Assembly (NCBI GenBank): GCA_036574205.1
Contig: JAINCQ010000020.1
Location: 1-64,000, forward strand
Direction: 5' to 3'
From: Elusimicrobiota bacterium
GTDB taxonomy: Bacteria > Elusimicrobiota > Elusimicrobia > Elusimicrobiales > UBA9959
Length of the DNA stretch: 64,000 nucleotides
In this document: piece after piece, positions 40,614-49,493 of the stretch
How positions within the stretch are numbered: position 1 is the stretch's first letter
Layout of the letters: each line of letters starts with the position of its first letter
The notes under the pieces: generated by a model
Told to the model about the DNA's origin: nothing
Seen by the model: the letters and a program-made list of their open reading frames with translations, nothing else
Database searches by the model: none
Position numbers and translations under genes: made by a program

Positions 40614-41173
40614 AAATAATATACCTGCCTTCAAAAATTTTAAAACCTTCCATATTCCTGGATAGAGATGGTGTAATAAACAAAGATGTTGAAGGAAAAT
40701 ATATAACTTCTATAAAAGATGTTAAGATATACAAATCTGCGATAGAGGGTTTGAAAAAAATCAACCTTGATAAATATCATCTAATAATAATTACAAACCA
40801 ATCAGCTATAAATAGGGGGCTTATAGATTTAAAGCAGTTTAAAAAGATAAGCGATTATATAATTGAAGAACTTAACAAGCACAATATTAAAATAAATGCT
40901 GTTTATTTTTGCCCGCACAGGCCAGAGGAAAATTGTAAATGTAGAAAGCCCAAAACTGGACTTATTGAGGAAGCTATTTTGGATTACAAGATAGATATTA
41001 AGAAATCTTTTTTTGTTGGAGATAAAAAAACAGATATTGATACGGCAAAATCAGCGGGGATAAAATCAATATTTGTTGGGACGGGGCAGGCAAAAAATCA
41101 GAGATTAAAATACAAAAAAATAGAAGCTGATATCACAATAAAAGATTTAAGAGAACTTAAGAAATATGTTTAA
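40610..41173 (+). CDS. gmhB: Heptose-1,7-bisphosphate phosphatase
   Basis: FLDRDGVIN, TNQS, CPHRPEENCKCRKP, VGDKKTD. Confidence 0.93.
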   Translation: MKIIYLPSKILKPSIFLDRDGVINKDVEGKYITSIKDVKIYKSAIEGLKKINLDKYHLIIITNQSAINRGLIDLKQFKKISDYIIEELNKHNIKINAVYFCPHRPEENCKCRKPKTGLIEEAILDYKIDIKKSFFVGDKKTDIDTAKSAGIKSIFVGTGQAKNQRLKYKKIEADITIKDLRELKKYV

Positions 41174-41945
41174 AATATTTTTAATAATTTCCTCTTTCTT
41201 AAATTCCTTTGAAAATCCTTTTGATTTTTATAAAAAAGTTAATACCGATACATGTGATCTTTGCGGAACGACCTATCATTATGAAATATACTGGGGGTTT
41301 ATAAATGTTGGATCTGCTAAAATAGAAATCGATTCAATCGTTGAAATTTCAACAACAAGTTATGCCTATAAAATAATAGCCACAGCACATTCAAATTCTT
41401 TCATAGATGGAATTTTTAAAGTGAGGGATACGAATATAGCGTTTCTTGACATCTTGCTTAAAAAATCATATGGATATTACAAAGATATAAATGAGGGAAA
41501 TTATTTTTTAAAAGAATATACTTTTTTTGACTATAATCAAAAAAAGTTTTACGGAGAAAAATCTATAAACAAAAAAGAACCCAAAAAGCATTCTGGTGAT
41601 ATTTTTGAATCTGTATACGATGTTCTTTCATCTTTGTTTCTTTATATAGGCACAAAAGACGAGATAAAAAAGGAAAGAAGCATAAACATAATAACAACAA
41701 AGCCATGGACACTTAAGGTTATAAATCACGGTATAGAAATTGTAAAAACGGAAATGGGAAAATTTAATACTTACAAACTTGAGCCAAAGGTTGGAGAAGA
41801 AGGAATTTTTATGTCAAAAAAAGGAAGAAGCCTTTATGTTTATATATCAAAAAATGAAAGATTTCCAGTTCTACTTAAAGCCGAAGTTTTTATAGGAAGC
41901 GTTTCTGCAAAACTTGTCAAAATTGATAAAAAAGAAAAAAGATGA
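41166..41945 (+). CDS. DUF3108-like exported beta protein
   Basis: YEIYWGFINVGSA, YDVLSSLF, GKFNTYKLEP, FIGSVSAKL. Confidence 0.7.
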   Translation: MFKIFLIISSFLNSFENPFDFYKKVNTDTCDLCGTTYHYEIYWGFINVGSAKIEIDSIVEISTTSYAYKIIATAHSNSFIDGIFKVRDTNIAFLDILLKKSYGYYKDINEGNYFLKEYTFFDYNQKKFYGEKSINKKEPKKHSGDIFESVYDVLSSLFLYIGTKDEIKKERSINIITTKPWTLKVINHGIEIVKTEMGKFNTYKLEPKVGEEGIFMSKKGRSLYVYISKNERFPVLLKAEVFIGSVSAKLVKIDKKEKR

Positions 41946-41961
41946 GAAGAACGGTCTTTTT

Positions 41962-41970
41962 TGCTATAAT
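41962..41970 (+). promoter_or_regulatory. Extended -10 promoter heading the CTD/fibre cassette
   Basis: TGCTATAAT, then 9 nt to ATG 41980. Confidence 0.6.
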
Positions 41971-41979
41971 AATTTTATA

Positions 41980-42504
41980 ATGAAACTAAAGTTAGTTTTG
42001 CTGTTGAATATAGTGTTTTTTGTTCAAATCCCCTGTTATGCTTTTTTAATCTCCCCTTCATATAAAGTAACAAACATATCTACATATAATACTCCAAACT
42101 CAGAATATAAAATTTCCTACAGTTACAGGCTTTTTGGCAATATAATTGGAACAGGATATGAAGGATTTAGCGGAGCAACTATAAATCTTTATCCTGAAGT
42201 CTTAGGTCTTTCCAGAGGTCCGGAGGTTACGGTTGAAAAAGCTTATGCTTTTCCAAATCCATGCAACCTGAGATATGGTTGCAATGGAGTAGCTTTTACA
42301 AAATTAACTCTTATTTGTGAAATACGCATATTTACTATCTCAGGGGAGCATGTTGCAACAATAAATAAAAATTCCAACAATGAAAGTATAAGCTGGGATC
42401 TGAAAGATAAAAATGGCAAAATAGTTTCAAGTGGACTTTATATATTCTATATAAAAGATAATGGAGGAAATACAAGAAAAGGAAAATTGGTAATTATAAG
42501 ATGA
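41980..42504 (+). CDS. Small exported protein with a C-terminal FlgD-Ig / T9SS-CTD-like domain
   Basis: Signal peptide MKLKLVLLLNIVFFVQIPCYA; YAFPNP...IRIFTISGEHV...WDLKDKNGKIVSSGLYIF...KGKLVIIR. Confidence 0.78.
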   Translation: MKLKLVLLLNIVFFVQIPCYAFLISPSYKVTNISTYNTPNSEYKISYSYRLFGNIIGTGYEGFSGATINLYPEVLGLSRGPEVTVEKAYAFPNPCNLRYGCNGVAFTKLTLICEIRIFTISGEHVATINKNSNNESISWDLKDKNGKIVSSGLYIFYIKDNGGNTRKGKLVIIR

Positions 42505-42533
42505 AATCTTTAAATAATATTTGTGGAGGACAT

Positions 42534-45500
42534 ATGCTTTTTAGATTAATTTTATTTTTATTCTTTTTTATTCCAGCAATAAAATCATTTTCAGGAGAAA
42601 TCAAATCCGGTTCGGTTCCAAACTCAATAGTTTATCAGGGTAGGGTTGAAAAAGATAATGCGCCTTTAAATGGGCTTATGCATATAATATTTAGAATATA
42701 CGAATACCCAAGTGGAGGAACACCAGTATGGACAAGTAGTGAATATTTAACTGAAGCAAGAGCAGGTATATTTTCAGTTACAATAAGCTCAATACCAATT
42801 TCTATTTTTTCTAATGGAAAAACTCTTTATTTAGAAGTGGAGATAGAAGGCGAAAAGCTTTCACCAAGAGAGCCAATAAATAGTGTTATATACTCAATGG
42901 TTGCTAAAAAACTTGAAGATGGGGCATTTGTTCATTTTAGCTCTTTTACTGTTGGAACAAACCCAAATGCAATAGGCCCTTCAGGTCAAAGAGCAATAAT
43001 ACTGGATGGGGGAATATATACAGACAGGATATGCTTCACGGATAATAGTTGTATATCTACAGTCGGAGGATCATCGGCAGTTAATGAGGTATTCTCATCG
43101 ACAACCGTTTATTTACGATCTGATAGCGACAACAATGGAAGTGGGGATATAATTTTTCAAACAGCTACAACACCTAAAGCTATAATAACAAACTCAGGTA
43201 ATATGGGAATAGGGACAACTACACCTTCTGAAAAACTTGTAGTAAATGGAAGCGCTACAATAACAAATAACCTCATAATTGGCGAAAATCTCTATTTATC
43301 TGGAAATTTTAACAATGGAATAATAAGAGGAATAAATAATGAACAAATAAGTATTGGACAAAGTAATGATAGAATAGATTTTATTATAAATGGTTCAACT
43401 CAAATAACTGTAAATAATGATAGACTTGGTATAGGAACGCCAAACCCATCTGAAAAACTTGATGTTAACGGCAATATAAAGGCGCAAGACATAACCGCAA
43501 ATAACCTCATAGTTTCAAACGAAATAAAAAACAATACTGGAAATCTTATAATTCAAAAAACTGTTTTATCAAATGTTGGTATAGGAACTGATACCCCAAA
43601 AGAAAAACTTCATGTTGCTGGAACGATTAAAGCAGACCTTGGAATATCAGCAGCCACAGCTACCTTCACTTCAGATGTTAATATTTTAGGCAATTTAAAT
43701 GTAAGCAATTTTGGAAGGACTATTACTCTTTCATCTACCACAATTTATGGAACTCTTGATGTAAAAGGTGGATTTACTTTAAATAATGATAATATAGCAG
43801 CTTTAGCATCAACTCAAACCTTTACTGCTCAAAATACTTTTTTAAATCAACTTACAATTTCAAGCCATGTTTTAATAAATAATTTTTCAAGGCTTGCAGT
43901 TGGTTCCCAGAGTTTTATATATCCCATGTCAACCTATCTTCAGATAGGGGACTCAAATCTAACCTCTTCAACTGCAACTCTATATATGTCAGCAGGAGCA
44001 AATTCAAACGGCAATATAATTTTTTATAGGGGATCAAATAAAGTGGCTTCTATTAAAACATCCGGAAATAATTTAAATATTACATATGGAAACTCTGATA
44101 TACAAAAAACTTATATAGATGAGTCACATTTTAAAATTTATAATTCTACTGTTATAATTTCTCCATCAACTGATGATTTAAACCCTGCAATTTATGTAAG
44201 TGGAAATTCAAACGTAGGTATAGGAACTACTAACGCAAATCACAAACTTACTGTTGCCGGAAATATCAAATTAACTGGAGTTGGAACTGGAATAATTTTT
44301 AATGATGGTACAATACTTACATCAAGCGGTTCTCTATCTGTTGGAGCGATATCAAATACAGGTGATGCGGTCATAGTTGCTGACTCAGACAATAATGGTT
44401 ATGGTTCTATAGTGATGAAAGTAAAAGATAACACAGCAATGGCAATAGATAATACGGCAAAAATAGGAATAGGGACTCTTTCTCCTTCCGATAAACTTCA
44501 AGTTATAGGTGGAGATGTTGTTATAGGAAACACATTAAATCCCTATTCTCAGGACGGCAAAGAAGACCTTATAGTCGCCGGGAATATAGAAGTTGATGGG
44601 ATGTTAAAACAAAGATCTTCAATACCAGTTGAGTTTACCTCATTATATGTATCCAATGATGTATTTCTTTCAACTGCTTCAGGATATAGAACAGGGATAG
44701 GGACCATTTCTCCGTCTGAAAAATTGGATGTGAATGGAAATATAAGAGCAACTGGAAACATAAAAATAGAAGGGTTAAGCGCAAGTAGAATAGTTGCAAC
44801 TGATGGATTTAAGATTCTTTCAAGTTCTATAACAGCTGATAACCTTAGAAGTTCGGTTTCAGGCACAACGGGGACTGGCAATCTCGTTTTTAATACTGTC
44901 CCTTCCTTTACAACAGGAATAACTGTAAATGGATATGGAAACTTTACAGGAATCACTGCCTCAAGCGGAACATTCACTGCCACAGGTCAATATAGTATTC
45001 AAAGTTCATCTGGAATTTTAATTTCAGCCGGAACAGTCAATCTAAACAATACTGCAAGAATAAAAAATTCACCTGAGCCACTTGAAAATCAGGATGTTGC
45101 GACAAAATATTATGTAGATCAAATTGGTGGGGGAGCAAGCGATGTAGGAGCATGGGTCAAAACTGGAAATAATCTTGGAACATATAATAAATTAGGGAGC
45201 ACAAACCCAAAAGATGTTGTTTTTATAAGAAACAACTCGACTCAATTTACTATGACAGCTTCTGGTGTAAATTTTTCTGTACCAATTTTATCAGGATATT
45301 CTATTACTGCCTCAAGTGGAACATTTACAGCCACTGGTCAATATAGTATTCAAACTTCATCTGGGATTTTAATTTCAGCCGGGACAGTCAATCTAAACAA
45401 TACTACAAGAATAAAAAATTCACCTGATCCACTGGAAAATCAGGATGTTGCGACAAAATATTATGTAGATCAAATTGGCGGGGGAGCAAGCGATGTAGGA

Positions 45501-46718
45501 GCATGGGTCAAAACTGGAAATTCTCTTGGAATATATAACAAATTAGGAAGTACAAACTCAAAAGATGTTATTTTTATAAGGGACGACATAACTCAATTTA
45601 GTATGACAGCTTCTGGTGTAAATTTTTCTGTACCAATTTTATCAGGATATTCTATTACTGCCTCAAGTGGAACATTTAGCTCTGGAATACAGGTAAATAG
45701 TGGAAAAATAGTAACTCCTGCTTTTCAAATGACTACTGGCGCCTCAGACGGATACTTTTTGGTATCAGATGGAGCTGGTAATGCTATATGGAAAGACGCA
45801 ACCAGTGCAGGGTTGGGTGATAAAGTAGTTGGAAATGAAGTACTTGATTCTTATGATAGCTCTTTAACAAGGACAGGTAGTGGAACATCTCTATCTCCAT
45901 ATAAATTAAAACTTAATCTTTCAAATCCAAATACATGGACCGCCACTCAAACTTTTAACAAGGGAATTACTGCTTCAACAATTACTGTCTCAGGATTTTC
46001 AACTGCTGGTTTTGTCAAAAATGATGCAAGTGGAAATTTAAGCGGTGGAAATTCAATTTCCGCCACAGATATCCCAAGAAGTAGTCTTGTTAATGGTACA
46101 GGCATAAGTATGACTGGAACTTTAACAAATAGACTTGTAGGTTCTGAAGGTAATGTTACTATAAATGTAGCAGCAAATGTTCCCACTTCTGTTACTAATG
46201 ATACAAATGTAACTGGTTCTATAACAAGTAACGTTTTAACTTTGGGGTGGGCAGGACAACTTGGATTAAGTAGAGGTGGAACAGGTGCTGATTTAAGCGG
46301 TGCTGCAGACGGTCCTATTAAAAAATCTGGATCGTCTTTAGGAGTTTATGCTATAAGTCTTTCAACAGATGTGGTTGGAACCCTCCCAGCTTTAAAAGGC
46401 GGAACTGGAATAAGCGGAGCAGGTGGAACTGCAAATAGAATTTTATTAACTACTAATGGCTCAAGTTGGTCGGCAGGACAAATTAATTTAAATTCAGATC
46501 AAGTCACCAATACTCTACCGGTTTCTAAAGGCGGAACTGGAAGCACATCTTATACAACAAACCGGCCAATAATTTATAATGGCACAAATTTAGTTTCATT
46601 CAACGGTTTTAATGGAAGTTTTACCGTTGCAAAATCAACTAATCCAGCTGCCGGTTGTATGCAATTAAATTACCAATATGGCATATTAACTTCAACCGAT
46701 AGTGTTTCATGCCCATAA
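42534..46718 (+). CDS. Large exported tail-fibre-like mosaic adhesin (~1394 aa; alternative start 42501)
   Basis: Signal peptide; N-terminal VPNSIVYQGR...LYLEVEI...PREPINSV domain; six GIGT-x4-KL-x-V-x-G repeats; three (K/R)GGTG repeats; Ser/Thr/Gly/Asn-rich; GGAGG before ATG 42534. Confidence 0.8.
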   Translation: MLFRLILFLFFFIPAIKSFSGEIKSGSVPNSIVYQGRVEKDNAPLNGLMHIIFRIYEYPSGGTPVWTSSEYLTEARAGIFSVTISSIPISIFSNGKTLYLEVEIEGEKLSPREPINSVIYSMVAKKLEDGAFVHFSSFTVGTNPNAIGPSGQRAIILDGGIYTDRICFTDNSCISTVGGSSAVNEVFSSTTVYLRSDSDNNGSGDIIFQTATTPKAIITNSGNMGIGTTTPSEKLVVNGSATITNNLIIGENLYLSGNFNNGIIRGINNEQISIGQSNDRIDFIINGSTQITVNNDRLGIGTPNPSEKLDVNGNIKAQDITANNLIVSNEIKNNTGNLIIQKTVLSNVGIGTDTPKEKLHVAGTIKADLGISAATATFTSDVNILGNLNVSNFGRTITLSSTTIYGTLDVKGGFTLNNDNIAALASTQTFTAQNTFLNQLTISSHVLINNFSRLAVGSQSFIYPMSTYLQIGDSNLTSSTATLYMSAGANSNGNIIFYRGSNKVASIKTSGNNLNITYGNSDIQKTYIDESHFKIYNSTVIISPSTDDLNPAIYVSGNSNVGIGTTNANHKLTVAGNIKLTGVGTGIIFNDGTILTSSGSLSVGAISNTGDAVIVADSDNNGYGSIVMKVKDNTAMAIDNTAKIGIGTLSPSDKLQVIGGDVVIGNTLNPYSQDGKEDLIVAGNIEVDGMLKQRSSIPVEFTSLYVSNDVFLSTASGYRTGIGTISPSEKLDVNGNIRATGNIKIEGLSASRIVATDGFKILSSSITADNLRSSVSGTTGTGNLVFNTVPSFTTGITVNGYGNFTGITASSGTFTATGQYSIQSSSGILISAGTVNLNNTARIKNSPEPLENQDVATKYYVDQIGGGASDVGAWVKTGNNLGTYNKLGSTNPKDVVFIRNNSTQFTMTASGVNFSVPILSGYSITASSGTFTATGQYSIQTSSGILISAGTVNLNNTTRIKNSPDPLENQDVATKYYVDQIGGGASDVGAWVKTGNSLGIYNKLGSTNSKDVIFIRDDITQFSMTASGVNFSVPILSGYSITASSGTFSSGIQVNSGKIVTPAFQMTTGASDGYFLVSDGAGNAIWKDATSAGLGDKVVGNEVLDSYDSSLTRTGSGTSLSPYKLKLNLSNPNTWTATQTFNKGITASTITVSGFSTAGFVKNDASGNLSGGNSISATDIPRSSLVNGTGISMTGTLTNRLVGSEGNVTINVAANVPTSVTNDTNVTGSITSNVLTLGWAGQLGLSRGGTGADLSGAADGPIKKSGSSLGVYAISLSTDVVGTLPALKGGTGISGAGGTANRILLTTNGSSWSAGQINLNSDQVTNTLPVSKGGTGSTSYTTNRPIIYNGTNLVSFNGFNGSFTVAKSTNPAAGCMQLNYQYGILTSTDSVSCP
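44952..45677 (+). repeat. Intragenic 351-bp (117-aa) tandem duplication, two copies plus the start of a third
   Basis: ITASSGTF begins at 44952, 45303 and 45654; both full copies contain PLENQDVATKYYVDQIGGGASDVGAWVKTGN. Confidence 0.93.
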
Positions 46719-46719
46719 A

Positions 46720-47985
46720 TTAAATTTTAAATATTTCCTTAATTATTTTATCTGTTGCGCCTTTAAGAGACAAAAGCGCTTTATTGGAATTTAAAGACGC
46801 AGTAATAAGATATTTTTCTGATAAAAGAACTTCTATTCTTGATTTTAAATCATATTCATCTTTTACAACAAATCCTCCCTTATATTCTATGAGTCTTTGG
46901 GCAGCTTCTTTCTGGTTAAAATAATTTGGTCCAAAAAGAACTGGCTTTGAAAAGATTGATGGCTCAAGAAGGTTATGCCCACCGATTTTATTAAGAGTTC
47001 CTCCAACAAAACATATACAGGATAAAAAATAAAATTTTAATAGAACACCTATTTTATCCACTATCAAAATTTGAGTATCAAATAAATTTATCTTTTCCTC
47101 ATTGCTTTCGCCAATATCAGAAAATTTCAAATATTTTAATCCAATTTTTTTTATCTTTTCTTCAAAGAAACGAGTTTTTTCCACATGTCTTGGAACAATT
47201 ATATATTTTATATTTTCCTTATCATAAATAAGGTCATAGCTCTTAAGTATTATATCTAACTCTTCTAAATGAATACTTCCGAAGGTTATTAACTTTTTTT
47301 TATCAAAACCTATTTTACTTAGCAAAAATTTTATATCGTCTGCATCTGATGTTTTAACATATACATCATATTTTGTGTTACCACTAACATATATTTTTTC
47401 TTTATCTATAAAATGGGAAAACCTTTTAGCGCTTTCCTCATTTTGAACAAATATCTTCAAAGCTTTCTTAAATGAATATTTTAAAAGAGGAGATATGATT
47501 TTATACAGAGTAAAAGAGTTTTCTGAAATTTTTGCATTTATATAATAAAGTTTTGACCTTTCAGAGCATACTTTAACAAAACTTGGCCATAACTCAGTCT
47601 CAGCTATAAATATAAAATCTGGATTTACCTTTTTTACAAATTTTTTGATAACTGGATAAAAATCAAAAGGTATTATAAAAGCATTTTCAGTTATCTGTTT
47701 TGCTGCCAAAAGTGCTGTTTCTGTAAAAGTAGTTATGACTATGGTATAGTTGGGGAATGAGTTTTTAAAAAATTCTATAATGGACTTTATCGCATTTATC
47801 TCACCTATAGAAGAGCAATGAAAAAGGACCGTTTTATTTTTGAAAGCTTTGATCTCTGGAAAAATTCTTTTAATCCAGTATTTAAAAGTAAATGATTTTG
47901 TTCTTATAACTATAACTAACGGAAATGAGATAATAATAAAAAAAGGAATGAGGGTATTATAAAATAAAAACAAAAGAAAGCCCAT
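46720..47985 (-). CDS. waaA: KDO transferase
   Basis: HCSSIGE, ETELWP, GNTKYD, VPRH, GGHNLLEP, GPNYFN. Confidence 0.93.
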   Translation of the reverse strand: MGFLLFLFYNTLIPFFIIISFPLVIVIRTKSFTFKYWIKRIFPEIKAFKNKTVLFHCSSIGEINAIKSIIEFFKNSFPNYTIVITTFTETALLAAKQITENAFIIPFDFYPVIKKFVKKVNPDFIFIAETELWPSFVKVCSERSKLYYINAKISENSFTLYKIISPLLKYSFKKALKIFVQNEESAKRFSHFIDKEKIYVSGNTKYDVYVKTSDADDIKFLLSKIGFDKKKLITFGSIHLEELDIILKSYDLIYDKENIKYIIVPRHVEKTRFFEEKIKKIGLKYLKFSDIGESNEEKINLFDTQILIVDKIGVLLKFYFLSCICFVGGTLNKIGGHNLLEPSIFSKPVLFGPNYFNQKEAAQRLIEYKGGFVVKDEYDLKSRIEVLLSEKYLITASLNSNKALLSLKGATDKIIKEIFKI

Positions 47986-48597
47986 TTATTTTTTCTTCTT
48001 TGTAACCCATTTAAGATAAAAAAAACGGGTATATAAAGGTTTAAAAGAATCGTTTTCAAAAAAAACTGAAATTTTATTAGATAAAAGTCTTTCAGAAAGT
48101 TCTTTAAGAGGAAATTCAACTAATTTTTTTCCATCAACATAGAGATAAACGGGGTCTGATACTTCAAAATTTTCTTTTTTTGATTCTTCAGCTACCATTT
48201 CACAAACAGACTTTACTGCCGTGTTAGAATAAACATCCATAATAATTTTTGAAACTGCTAATTCAAAATCTTCAAGTAACGCCATTTTTTGCTCTATATC
48301 AGATCCCATAGTTATTATTACAAATGAATAAATATTACAACCCTTTGTGTCCAAAGAGGAAATTATGTCTTTTCCAAAAAGTTTCTCCATCTCTATCATT
48401 TCTATTGTGTCATAAACAGCTGATGGAGATAAGTATGATACAAAGTTTGAAACATATTCTTTGAAATTTTTTTCATAATTTTCTTTGCCGCCAAATAATT
48501 CAATAGCATCTATCCCTTCTTTCTTTGATTTTCTCTCTATATCATAATAATAAATTGGTATTTTAAAATTTTTTACCTTTCTCATTTTTTTCAACAA
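47986..48597 (-). CDS. Hypothetical protein, weak resemblance to the stand-alone MetH activation domain
   Basis: Abuts waaA and follows secF; SFVIITMGSDIEQK and SFKPLYT segments recall that domain. Confidence 0.4.
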   Translation of the reverse strand: MLKKMRKVKNFKIPIYYYDIERKSKKEGIDAIELFGGKENYEKNFKEYVSNFVSYLSPSAVYDTIEMIEMEKLFGKDIISSLDTKGCNIYSFVIITMGSDIEQKMALLEDFELAVSKIIMDVYSNTAVKSVCEMVAEESKKENFEVSDPVYLYVDGKKLVEFPLKELSERLLSNKISVFFENDSFKPLYTRFFYLKWVTKKKK

Positions 48598-48611
48598 CTA
48601 CTATTTTAGGA

Positions 48612-49484
48612 TTAGTCCTTTTGCCACTGGTATGTAAGAGTGGTTGCTATAGCAACAGTTGAGTAAACTCCAGAAATAGTTCCTATAAGCATACAAAAAG
48701 CAAAATCATTTATAGCTGATCCACCCATCAAATATAAAAATAATAGAACACCAAAAACTGTTACGGAAGTAATTATGGTCCTTGAAAGGGTTTCATTTAT
48801 ACTTGTGTTTATTATTTCACCAAGCGGCATTTTCGGAAATTTTCTAATATTTTCTCTCATCCTGTCAAATATAACTATAGTGTCGTTTATGGAATATCCT
48901 GCTATAGTCAACAGTGCCGCCACTATAACAAGATCAATCTCTCTGTTCGTAATGGACATTGCTGCAATAGCGACTAAAACATCATGCAACAAGGCTATAA
49001 CTCCTGTTATGCCCCATACTGGATTTGTAAATCTAAAAGCTATATAAACTATTATTCCAAACATAGAAAGTATAATTGCAAATATAGCTTTTCTTGCAAG
49101 TTCTTTTCCAACAACAGGACCAACAAAATCTCTTTTCTCTTCAATAAACTTAAGGGCTTTAGAATTTAAAATATCTATTATTTTATTGGCATATTCATTA
49201 ACATTTTCCTGTTTGCCTTTAACCATTATCCCAAAAGAATTATCATAGCTTCTTATCTGACAGTCAATCCCTCCTTCTTTAAGTATTTTCCTTAATGTTC
49301 CTATATCTATTTTTTCTTCAAACTTAAGTTGTAACATCGTTCCACCGACAAAATCAAGTCCAAGGTTAATACCTTTCAGATATATTGAGATAAACCCACT
49401 TATTATTACAATAATAGAAATAGCAAAAAAATAATATCTTTTACTGATGAAATTTATGTTAGTTTTTGGAATAATTTTAATCAT
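48612..49484 (-). CDS. secF: Protein translocase subunit SecF
   Basis: GLDFVGG, VGPVVGKEL, GYSINDTIVIFDRMREN, TLSRTIITS. Confidence 0.96.
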   Translation of the reverse strand: MIKIIPKTNINFISKRYYFFAISIIVIISGFISIYLKGINLGLDFVGGTMLQLKFEEKIDIGTLRKILKEGGIDCQIRSYDNSFGIMVKGKQENVNEYANKIIDILNSKALKFIEEKRDFVGPVVGKELARKAIFAIILSMFGIIVYIAFRFTNPVWGITGVIALLHDVLVAIAAMSITNREIDLVIVAALLTIAGYSINDTIVIFDRMRENIRKFPKMPLGEIINTSINETLSRTIITSVTVFGVLLFLYLMGGSAINDFAFCMLIGTISGVYSTVAIATTLTYQWQKD

Positions 49485-49493
49485 AAAATCCTC

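Noticed and set aside
44952..45677. Diversity-generating retroelement TR/VR pair
   Set aside because: The copies are tandem and in frame, the differences are not confined to adenines, and no reverse transcriptase is present
42501..46718. Prophage or tailocin origin of the fibre gene
   Set aside because: It has a Sec-type signal peptide and there are no capsid, baseplate, sheath or lysis genes in the window
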